Shown: in pieces, positions 20,001 through 27,226 of the stretch
How positions within the stretch are numbered: position 1 is the first letter of the stretch
Layout: the number at the start of each line of letters is the position of its first letter
Virus record (IMG/VR): IMGVR_UViG_3300025687_007517
Coordinates: 1 to 64,000 of that record
Origin: a virus
DNA: 64,000 nucleotides
Reading direction: 5' to 3' (one strand)
Made by a program: the position numbers and the translations under genes
The notes under the pieces: generated by a model
Database searches by the model: none
What the model saw: the letters and a program-made list of their open reading frames with translations, nothing else
Told to the model about the DNA's origin: nothing

Positions 20001-22126
20001 TTTCTTACTGCCTTCACTACAAAGCCAGCGTCATCGCCCAGAACAGTTGTACTTTCATCTGTTTCGGTAGTTACCGAGACGCCACGCACACCAAAAATGC
20101 TCGTTGTCGCTGTGGAGAAATCAATGTTACTATTGGTTCCCGGTTCTGGAACTTTGGGTAAGAAAACTTGACACTCATAAGTGTTAGCAAGCCTTGACTC
20201 AATCGAGTCTGCCGAACCAGAAGTACCTGAAATGAATGGAGTGCCTACTGTACCTGATAATGTCGGGTAAACAACCGCATCGTGATGTGAAGCGGTTGAG
20301 AAGTTTACAAAACGGAATTTCTCTTCGTAAAGCTCTCTCTTGTCGTCCAGTGTGATAATCGAATTGTCTTCATACAAAGACAGATTGATTAGCTCGTTAT
20401 CCACGCCAAAACAGCGTAGAGTATTACGAAGAGCTTCTGTAGTTCCCTTCATTTTAAAAATTTGGGAACTGTTGTTGTAGAGGTTTGAGTAAATTATTCT
20501 CTTTACCTCTTCAAGCTTAAACAGAAATTCGCCTCTGTCGCCTGCATTTAGAAGATTGGCGAGGATGTCTTCATCTTGAAGAATTCTATTTGTAATAAAA
20601 CCCCTTGAGTTGAGAGCAATTTGAGAAAATTTTGTTTTTGCAATTTCGTCCTTGTAATAATCCATTGTTTGGATTTGTGGTAAAGTTTCTATCTCTAAGT
20701 AAAGCTCATCTAAAAATGAAGATAGGACTTGCGTGAACTTTTTTAATTCTTGTGAGTTACTAGCATCCTCTTCTACAATCCAGTTTGGAAGGGTGTTGTA
20801 GATGCTATTGTTATTGTACCTGTCGTAAACAGAACCCGACAAAACCTTTTCAGCGCGGTAATTTTTAACCAATGGGTGAAAAGAGTAAAGAATAGGGTCT
20901 TTAAATTCTCGGTCAGACAAACCAGAGAGAACAAAAGCCGAGTCGGTGCTTCTTGCCGTGGATACATATCCATTAAATGTTCCGTTGTTTAAACGACCAG
21001 AGTAATCTAAAATTGTGCTGTCAATAGAAGAAGTTTGTGTAATGCCTTCGTTAAATTTGAAATAGACGCCTAAATCTTGGTTTGATGAATCGGCGGTTGC
21101 GCCGCCATTTACAGATTGTTTAACAAACGTTCCAATCTCTTTACCAGTTCTAGTGGTTCTCCAAAATCTAAAGTCATCAACAGAGCCAGAAAGTTTACCC
21201 CAGCCCAGGGCTGTGCCAGACGCGCCCGTCTGTTCCGTAACAAGAGCGCCAACAGCCCCGACAAAATTGCCGGTCACGGGATTAATATCGCCAACAATCT
21301 CCTGGCTTCCTTTGAAAACTCCGTCTAAATAAGAATCGACTACAAGTTCGTCACCATAAGTAAAATTCAAAGCAACATGGTGCCAATTTCCATCAACCAA
21401 GCTGGCTGAGGAAATTGATGTAAGTTGTGCTTCAGCGTGTACTGTGCCAGATGCGACAGACACGTTTAATACATTTGTAGAGGCTGTAAGCTCTACAGTA
21501 AAGCGAGCGTTTGAAGCTGCAATGCTGGAACTGTTCCAAATGTCAAGTACAACCTCTTTTTCCGTTAAAGATGGTAGAAACTCTGATTTATTAATCCAGA
21601 ACTCAACGCAGTTGCCTGCGGAGTGACCAAAGCGCAAGTTGTAGGTAAATTTATTATCGTCTACAACATTTTTTACACGCAGACCCCCGTTAAATAAGAT
21701 ATATTGCTTTGTTTGTGGCTCGCCATATCCATCAACTAGAGATCCAGCAGCGGTGCCCCAGCCATCAGATGAAAAAACAACGTAACCATTAGTTCTTGGG
21801 TATTCGTTCTCAAGTATGTGATTTTCTAAAAATGAAGAGCTTAAAAGGTATCTTTCACGGTCTGTTGTTGTTCCATCATAAGGATAGAAGTCAATAATTC
21901 TATCAACAGCTTTGGCGTAATATTCCTCGGCTGAACCGTATCTAGCAAAGTTACTTGCACTTGCAAAATCAACGGGTGGAACGTATCTTTCTCTGTTTTG
22001 CTTCTTTAGAGCAACAGCTTCGCCACGGTCAAAGTCTTGTCCAAGGCTGTGTCTTGTTTGCTTGATTATTGGCTTTGATACTTTTTGCTTTGATTTAATT
22101 TGGTCAATGTACTTTTTAAAACTCAT
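14048..22126 (-). CDS. Giant baseplate wedge-like protein with LamG/ConA-like lectin domains
   Basis: 2692 aa. LamG motifs VEFWIN, DGNWHHVAL and GSVDDFRFW; IFKMKGTTEALRNTLRCFG resembles the P2 gpI / T4 gp7-type KGT motif. Confidence 0.65.
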   Translation of the reverse strand: MSFKKYIDQIKSKQKVSKPIIKQTRHSLGQDFDRGEAVALKKQNRERYVPPVDFASASNFARYGSAEEYYAKAVDRIIDFYPYDGTTTDRERYLLSSSFLENHILENEYPRTNGYVVFSSDGWGTAAGSLVDGYGEPQTKQYILFNGGLRVKNVVDDNKFTYNLRFGHSAGNCVEFWINKSEFLPSLTEKEVVLDIWNSSSIAASNARFTVELTASTNVLNVSVASGTVHAEAQLTSISSASLVDGNWHHVALNFTYGDELVVDSYLDGVFKGSQEIVGDINPVTGNFVGAVGALVTEQTGASGTALGWGKLSGSVDDFRFWRTTRTGKEIGTFVKQSVNGGATADSSNQDLGVYFKFNEGITQTSSIDSTILDYSGRLNNGTFNGYVSTARSTDSAFVLSGLSDREFKDPILYSFHPLVKNYRAEKVLSGSVYDRYNNNSIYNTLPNWIVEEDASNSQELKKFTQVLSSFLDELYLEIETLPQIQTMDYYKDEIAKTKFSQIALNSRGFITNRILQDEDILANLLNAGDRGEFLFKLEEVKRIIYSNLYNNSSQIFKMKGTTEALRNTLRCFGVDNELINLSLYEDNSIITLDDKRELYEEKFRFVNFSTASHHDAVVYPTLSGTVGTPFISGTSGSADSIESRLANTYECQVFLPKVPEPGTNSNIDFSTATTSIFGVRGVSVTTETDESTTVLGDDAGFVVKAVRNNLIDKKVKFVLTSSNASMTGDYTLPELETEFFDDSYDNESWNLAVTIKPVGYGLADLNNSLQTGANSYVVNFRGYNTEDQIVLNSFNLTASIHSDRGIKMLSQNRKPFYGALRDNLTGSVVLNSDVNVGFFRVWLDDLDNNELISHAKDPRNFGRTEPYKNFLPLASQFSGSYVPKINSLVLNVGTDLLSTSDASGEFSLPDLSSGSYKTVGNSYLDTVLGGLYQFGGKEFDPSSTNVFETRYFTVGKNTNPENFGDLTGVNILTEDDKATKSILKAKLAYFTIEKSLQYAIDQDILSFFSSIDGFNELIGDPVNKYRMEYKELKKLGTRYFSTVQTKRTIASFFEYYKWLDNSINEILINLLPASLNGSDQIYNVIESHVLERNKYQHKLPTIEFKTPDLEGTATGSNLPFEWKFFHKPLSGEERDNCLWWKYRAERNNDTFDSTLPTGTLEARETIRQVVNQTQARKQTSPITEKISKSKSLHGGINFTDNKKLDFYKGVLFKTTGGTNFSDIQIPSSGVKTPKDCDDDLDLVDKRKLAAQAQADGEDYKFDLVVPGNLVSQSVSTDSYVSNTYNDNNPSHIITNIHHDVFGPDSEQPLQGTFTSQRVGGFKSRKVRLTDTGDRPERFRFNLTNANSMSLENVRRQEGYDAPVDQFYQDPPVRAPVNIKNIKTTGSALGNFAFNYEVVQTAGKSFNNFKKADALGLSDTLDSPYVSGVIDYSIFTGANSDSVIVTRFNAPGGPETNGGGLDPINREFSVYNELNNRNLIVRQAFQSLLTIPSSFGGFESGSNDLSASIHKVQRNGRKQIEYSSGENTFTASVFDNGFITNNIPARDFGYSWISYAAPTSSNLVALVGFASSSSDISFFTSTLRDFEASTDYEINFAGYVTPGEFSIYGGYHYDLDGDFLVTAPANYTSVASLADNIDIYFLNVVGNGPSGWNTWRQIRSERNPITRHLKKNNIYSQKLDRIESVKESGVLTAKDGTRLVAVEPALANYNPVLIAADLTDDSVKNSTLFAISHNSEKQYLFDKKISDVVLSQAQQTNKSSFDKFYDFYNLPYQNVLTEGDILFSKYSHQIFPLQRYSYLKNSLLRGEFIQTWRSSREDRSLIRLYDDTPTTETFKDNTVRTTANEMGFNLLYAGPDATASIALGDQVGPSVSPLDTTKFNDTSTNRAARLNLSNLTQSLSGKKYVNLRSDPLPTSSSPTASYDQVAADNVSYGILRDPKNVLNRFIVNVPSGDVTASFDDPGIGDFPSHVYGPLLEMPYQEVLSDTFNISFYEDWSAATETRNPAYYDNHLLFSEFVKVVGKDHSLVPEYRISEHIDAIYSGGNSLESEAVNSLEITGSSAATENIFRFFDGDLALNYKDFSDKMAPNKVPSKFRLKIDAITKLLPYKGFYPAERTVQLAQIFSSSYSDSVALTGNEPTFRTMMQPLFMPGILFNSIKAAIAMPYGIFTGSIETGIANTDYKSQILIGDATGSFVRIPFEELLTYDKIKEAGRIVDMYTHASMSMDSTASFSNTLPPQPQLAMSNFLASTIEFCLEDNTLTTAYSKEEKDLPVAYKTRTYGVEIALSISTSSINSNYVPWRFDTTLDGWGPVVSGSGRPGSDLDDPTDRLWAPGWAFGSSSIFLEWSPQETIKYTISEIQNQVTATFGNSVYENIEFTSFITNNVSNLSESINFLGQAEVKQSEVDPKTGLPIKVIDPLGTNKNVWAVQPKWETPFLVGDGFLWKDYLEIPGSNVQFQISFKDRAGQESLKDFLGFPDTIELGKPSKKTDIEEALVCIPYKILPNGDRQFFNIPRDKFNFLVEQSKIKNEPNEWSELDKLLDKYVFPPRFDFKKNLGILPLGMLIKEFSVTLTEKDIEKYWQNLGPSLLQQFDVQSEYVEFDIENTEMFTNWNRYPIKWHIFKVKKRAKGNYFAMTVDNPLKTDFAFDAAPSFKGTKYTTEDFTYNYPYDFCSVIETAKVTAEVDFVDKTET

Positions 22127-23569
22127 CTAGTCAACCCTAAAAACAATGTTATCTTCTTGCTCAATAAAACTTAAATCTTTTTTCACGACAAACGAAGCGC
22201 GGTATTTGTACCCTGCTTCAAATTGTGAAAAGTCAAGCTCAAAATAGTTGCCTTCGCCATCGTAAGATGTTTTTGTGAAAGCATTGTTTCCTGAACCTGT
22301 TCCATACGGTATGAACTCCAAGTCATCGCTAACCCTTGTTATTTTATAATAAAGGTCTTCGATTATTGTAGAACTGGCGGTTTCAGTTCCGTCTGGATAA
22401 ATAGTTGGCGACCAATCTTTTGGTCTAACATAAAGTTTTATTCTCGCTTTCTCGGCGGTTGAATAAGATTGTTTTACATTTGCGGGTAAAATTACAAAGT
22501 CGTCAAAATCACGATTGTCTAGTGAGTCAAATGTAAGAACACTCACAGCAGAGCCTGTGGCATACTCTACCGAACCAGAGTGCCAAACTGGGAAAACAGT
22601 TGTAATAGAGCTTGAGGCATAAGCAAATGAGGCTGAATAAATGCCAGTTGATACATATGAGCCAGTAACATTTGTGTCACCGTCAGCAACAACTCCACCA
22701 CCAGTTGGTAATTTGAGCTTTGAGCCTGCTGGTGCAGTTGTACCAGAATAAATGCTCAATAAAATTTTACCAGTGCCCACGTCTGGAAGGTTTTGCAGTT
22801 GTCCATTTATGTAATTGTAAAGATAAAGATTGTTTAGGTTATCTGCTGCTGGGGCTAGTGCTGAACTAAGATAGAACGTTGAAGCGTTGTCTTTCTTTGC
22901 GTCGTCGTATCTAGACTCCAATACGGGTCTTTTAATAACGTATTCACTTGTTCTGCTGTAAAAGCGTTTTGTGTAATAAGACGCTGAAACGTCCTCTTGG
23001 CTTGAGGTTAGGAAAATGCCAAAACCATAATTTGTTTTTGTTCCCTCCAACCATTCATTAACGAGTGGGGTAACATCAACCTCTATGTCTTCCTCGCCAG
23101 TAGTGAAAGAAGCTGTGAATCTTGGTGTAGCGTGGTAATCACCACCGGCAGTTGTCCAAGCAACTCCAGAGGACGCGCTTTCCCAGTTCGACACACCCGT
23201 GTAATCCTTGTTTGCAAGGTCCGGTCCTGTGCCCTCTGTCCAAGAACGAGACACAGCCGCAATAACTAGGGTGAAATCTTTTGGAGGCGTCTCAGGCTGT
23301 TCTGCGGAGAATAATCTTAAAACAAAGTTTGAACCACTTTCAATAGTTCCGTCATCGATGTTTCCTGAGATTGTTGAGATGGGAAACTCAATAAGAATTC
23401 TTGAGTTCTCATTTAAGGAAGCGGAGGGACTGTTTTGCCCATAAATAGAAAACACTTCCACCGAATCAGCTAAACCGGCGTTTGTGCCGGTGAGCCTATT
23501 ATCAAACACTTCGCCAAAAGCATTTGTAATGGTGTTGTCTTTTGTTGCTACATACTTCTTTACTGCCAT
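22127..23569 (-). CDS. Virion protein with DNRLRE/CBM96-like domain (paralog A)
   Basis: ATKDNTI, SRILIEF, VSRSWTEGTG, WTTAGGD, DVTPLVNEW..GTKTNYGF and FYSR...RPVL follow the DNRLRE-domain pattern. Confidence 0.6.
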   Translation of the reverse strand: MAVKKYVATKDNTITNAFGEVFDNRLTGTNAGLADSVEVFSIYGQNSPSASLNENSRILIEFPISTISGNIDDGTIESGSNFVLRLFSAEQPETPPKDFTLVIAAVSRSWTEGTGPDLANKDYTGVSNWESASSGVAWTTAGGDYHATPRFTASFTTGEEDIEVDVTPLVNEWLEGTKTNYGFGIFLTSSQEDVSASYYTKRFYSRTSEYVIKRPVLESRYDDAKKDNASTFYLSSALAPAADNLNNLYLYNYINGQLQNLPDVGTGKILLSIYSGTTAPAGSKLKLPTGGGVVADGDTNVTGSYVSTGIYSASFAYASSSITTVFPVWHSGSVEYATGSAVSVLTFDSLDNRDFDDFVILPANVKQSYSTAEKARIKLYVRPKDWSPTIYPDGTETASSTIIEDLYYKITRVSDDLEFIPYGTGSGNNAFTKTSYDGEGNYFELDFSQFEAGYKYRASFVVKKDLSFIEQEDNIVFRVD

Positions 23570-25032
23570 TACACTACCCTAAACTTAAACTTTTGTCTCT
23601 GCTCGCGGTATTGACCGTCTTCTTCAAACAAGAACTTGATTACATAATCTTCTTCTTTTGGGAAAACAGAGAAATCCAAGTCAAAGTAATTACCTTTGGA
23701 ATCGTAAGAAAGTCTTGTGTATTCGTTGTTTCCTGAGCCTGTGCCGTAGCTAATAATTTCAAAGTTATCTCTTTCTCGGTAAATCTTGTAGTAGGCTTTG
23801 CTGATTATTGTAGCTTCAAGTGTGGATTGCGTTGTTGTGTAGATTGTTGGAGACACAGAAGGGTCTCTTACATACAATCGTAGCCTGCTCACTTGATTTT
23901 GCAAGTATTCTTCTTTGAGGTTGGTTATTGATAAGAAGTATTTCTTTATTCTTCTCGCACCAACCGTGCCACGAGCTTGGGGCTCTATTGCTGAGCCTGT
24001 ATGGTATTCCACTGAACCAGAGTGCCAAACAGGATAAATGTATTCTAGTGAGCTTGAATTAAAAGCAACCGACACCGAGTAGATACCGGGAGACACATAA
24101 GAACCTGTGGCGTTTGTATCACCGTCTGTTACAACTCCACCACCAGCAGGCAAGCCCAGCTTTGAACCAGAAGGCGTGGTTGAAGAGCCAGAGTAAAAGC
24201 TGACAAGAATGTCGTTTGTTCCAACTGCGGGAATGTTTTTAAGGTTGCCCCTTATTTGGTTGTAAAGATAGATTGTGTTGAGGTTGTCTGTTGAACTAGC
24301 TCTTGAAGAACTCAAAAAGAAGTTGCCTGTATCGTCTTGAAGTGAGTTATTCCAACGTGCTTCTAGTTGTGGTCTGTATGCTTCATCGTTGTATTCGCGA
24401 GAATAAAATACCTTCTTGTAGTAGGACTGTGCTGCTGCTTCTTGTGAAGAGGTTAAGTAAATGCCAAGACCATAGTCTACAGTTCCATCTGTTATAATAC
24501 TTTCAACATAAGGGGTAACGTCTAATAAAATGTCTTCATCGGCAACTGTAAAGTCTTGCTCAAAAAGAGGAGAGGCGCGGAAGTCGCCACCGGCTGTGGT
24601 CCAAGTAACCTCTGGGGAAGAAGAGGCTGTTAACCAGTTTGAACCAACTAGATTTGTACCCTCTTCATCAAAACTTTTTCCCCTGCCCTCATTCCAATCT
24701 CGACTTATGGGTGCGACCACCAAAGTAAAAGAAGTGGGACTTGTTGTTGTTTCGGGGTAGTTCTTTAGTTTGAGGTAAAACGACACACTACCGGATGCAG
24801 GAATGTCACCATTGGAGCGGTCTGTGCTTGTCTGTGAGAGGTCAAATTGAACAATAGCCCTAGACTTCTCGTTATCATCTGTCGAGGCTGTGACGGTGTT
24901 GTAGAGAGAAAAAATTTGAAGACTGTCTGTTAGTCCGTAGTTTAAATTACTAACACGTCGAGTGTTGCTGTATTCTCGATAAGCATTTGAAATAGTGTTG
25001 TCTTTTGTTGCATAGTATTTTTTAATGCTCAT
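23569..25032 (-). CDS. Virion protein with DNRLRE/CBM96-like domain (paralog B)
   Basis: Same motifs as 22127..23569 along the full length; tandem duplicate. Confidence 0.6.
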   Translation of the reverse strand: MSIKKYYATKDNTISNAYREYSNTRRVSNLNYGLTDSLQIFSLYNTVTASTDDNEKSRAIVQFDLSQTSTDRSNGDIPASGSVSFYLKLKNYPETTTSPTSFTLVVAPISRDWNEGRGKSFDEEGTNLVGSNWLTASSSPEVTWTTAGGDFRASPLFEQDFTVADEDILLDVTPYVESIITDGTVDYGLGIYLTSSQEAAAQSYYKKVFYSREYNDEAYRPQLEARWNNSLQDDTGNFFLSSSRASSTDNLNTIYLYNQIRGNLKNIPAVGTNDILVSFYSGSSTTPSGSKLGLPAGGGVVTDGDTNATGSYVSPGIYSVSVAFNSSSLEYIYPVWHSGSVEYHTGSAIEPQARGTVGARRIKKYFLSITNLKEEYLQNQVSRLRLYVRDPSVSPTIYTTTQSTLEATIISKAYYKIYRERDNFEIISYGTGSGNNEYTRLSYDSKGNYFDLDFSVFPKEEDYVIKFLFEEDGQYREQRQKFKFRVV

Positions 25033-26825
25033 TACAGAACTGTTCCAATTAAGTCTCTATCAAAGTATTTTACTTCAAACACATGGTCTTCTAACTGAAG
25101 CAAACGTGTACCATCAGCAGAAAGGCTTTCTGGAATGCTAAACGTTGTGGTGGCGTAGAGACCTCCAGATTGCACGGTTGCAAATACCTCTACTACATCT
25201 AAAACACCTTCCGCGTCTTTTAACTCGCGGAAGAAATCATTATAAAAGATTGGCTCGCCAATGTCATACTTCACCGAGAGCATTGTCTCTAGTTTTTTAT
25301 TACAAGCCTCAATAACATCAAACTTGTTTGTTTTCTCGTCTCCAACCACTGTAAAGTTGATTGCAACATTGACAATCTTTGCATCAAGAATGTCAACGGT
25401 ATCTGAAATCATTTTGTGGCGAGCAAGATAAGTTTGAATGTTCTTTTTTATTGTTGTATTTGTCTCTGTGAAATTGCCGTTTTGGTCTTCGCTAATAACA
25501 TAAAGGTTAATATTCTTTTTGAATGAATCCTTGTCCTGAGCAGCACGAACTCTTTTTACTGCTCCAAACTGTGAAGGCATTGCGTAACAAAGAGACTCGT
25601 AATCTTGTTTTGTAACTGCGCGGCGTTGAGAGTTAACAAAAGAAACTGCTCTGACCCTTAGCTCGTCTGCATCGGGCACATTAACAGAACCAACAATTGA
25701 TTCATCGTTAGAACAAGCAATACTGTCTCTGACTGCATTCTCCGTTGTAACTTGGTTGCTTGTTCCTGGGAATACAAGTTTAAAATCCGATACTGTGTTG
25801 ATTTGACCTTGGCTTGCATTTGGATTTAAGCTTGAGTTCTTTAAATACACGATTGTTAGTGTTGTATTTGCGGGGGCTATGCCAAATTTATCATTTTGGA
25901 TTAAGTTTGAGGGGTCAAACGTAGTTGAGGAAATATAAGGTCTCCCAAATTTTTGCACCGCAATGTTTTGAGGTCTTGCATACAAATCCTCTGACAAATT
26001 CTGGTCTGAACCAAAACCAAATTGCAAAGTACAGTTCTCACTATTCTTTTCTGTTGTAAATCTTCTGGCTACTAGAACCGGCTTCATAATCGAAGGAACT
26101 TTGTCATTTGGAGCGTTTTTATTTTTTAATTCTTTGTAAACAACATTTTGACTTAGATGATCGACTTCAAAGTATTCATTACCCTCCGAGTCAAGAACAC
26201 TAATAATTTCTGTTATAAACTCATCGTCGATTGAGACTTTTCTAAATCTCTCAAAATCACCAACTTCGATTTCAACTGTTTCTGCTTGACCAGACACAAC
26301 CTGCCCAACAGCACGCACAGCGTAAAAGCTTGGCAAACCAGTTGTTGAATCAACAATAGCCACTTCGCGTTGGTTGTTTGGGTCTTCAAAGTTTATGTCT
26401 TCTGTTAAGATAAACGAAGAACCATCTTCAGTTGTTACAATTGCTCCCTTTTTAATTGTTGGAGCATAATTTGTGTTAATTGAGGTTGGGTCTGAAGTTA
26501 AAGCTGGAATTGTTGCGAAAAAGGAAACCAAACCTTGTGATGAGTAGTTGTATTCAAACTTGAAACCAAGAGTTTTTGCAATTCTTACAATGTTATCAAA
26601 TTCGTTAGCTGTATCTAAAAATGCCTCGTTAGCTTGGTAATCCAAGTAAAAAGAAAGAATGTCACCAATGTAAGCAACATAATCAGTCATCAAAGCGCCG
26701 AAGCCTGCGTCCTGAAAGTCTTTGTAAGTATCGGGGTAGTATCTTTGGGCGTAGTTGATTAGAGATTGTTTGATGGTATCAAAATCTCGGTCTGTGTATT
26801 TGATTACATTATTTTTCTTGGGCAT
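25032..26825 (-). CDS. Baseplate wedge subunit (T4 gp6 / baseplate J-like)
   Basis: YTDRDFDTIKQSL, AYIGDILSFYLDYQANEAFLDTA, LQFGFG and QRRAVTKQDY are gp6 motifs. Confidence 0.85.
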   Translation of the reverse strand: MPKKNNVIKYTDRDFDTIKQSLINYAQRYYPDTYKDFQDAGFGALMTDYVAYIGDILSFYLDYQANEAFLDTANEFDNIVRIAKTLGFKFEYNYSSQGLVSFFATIPALTSDPTSINTNYAPTIKKGAIVTTEDGSSFILTEDINFEDPNNQREVAIVDSTTGLPSFYAVRAVGQVVSGQAETVEIEVGDFERFRKVSIDDEFITEIISVLDSEGNEYFEVDHLSQNVVYKELKNKNAPNDKVPSIMKPVLVARRFTTEKNSENCTLQFGFGSDQNLSEDLYARPQNIAVQKFGRPYISSTTFDPSNLIQNDKFGIAPANTTLTIVYLKNSSLNPNASQGQINTVSDFKLVFPGTSNQVTTENAVRDSIACSNDESIVGSVNVPDADELRVRAVSFVNSQRRAVTKQDYESLCYAMPSQFGAVKRVRAAQDKDSFKKNINLYVISEDQNGNFTETNTTIKKNIQTYLARHKMISDTVDILDAKIVNVAINFTVVGDEKTNKFDVIEACNKKLETMLSVKYDIGEPIFYNDFFRELKDAEGVLDVVEVFATVQSGGLYATTTFSIPESLSADGTRLLQLEDHVFEVKYFDRDLIGTVL

Positions 26826-26846
26826 TGCTGCTTCCTCTCCAACTAA

Positions 26847-27212
26847 TTAGTTTTGGATTTTAATTTCTATATTATCTTGCAAGTTGTATGGGTCATACAC
26901 ATAAAATACCTTGACCAATAAAAAGTTGTCTCTAATCTCTGTTTCAACGTTTAGAAGAGTAACATCAGGGAGGTATTCCTCAAATTGTGAATCGATTCTC
27001 TGTTCTAGCTGTGGTGGCAACTGTCCATCCAATGCATTTTCAAACAAGAAGTCTCTCAAGCCAACGCCAAAGTCTGAAATCATAACTCTTTCGCCGGGGG
27101 CTGTTAGCAGCACGTTTTTGACGTTTTGCTTGATAAATTCCTTTACTTCGTCAATTGTTACAAACGTATTTGACTTTGATTTTGCTAACGGTAGTTGTAC
27201 TGTAAATGACAT
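26847..27212 (-). CDS. Baseplate wedge gp25/GPW-like protein
   Basis: IKQNVKNVLLTAPGERVMISDFGVGLRDFLFE signature. Confidence 0.9.
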   Translation of the reverse strand: MSFTVQLPLAKSKSNTFVTIDEVKEFIKQNVKNVLLTAPGERVMISDFGVGLRDFLFENALDGQLPPQLEQRIDSQFEEYLPDVTLLNVETEIRDNFLLVKVFYVYDPYNLQDNIEIKIQN

Positions 27213-27226
27213 AAATTATCTCCAAA

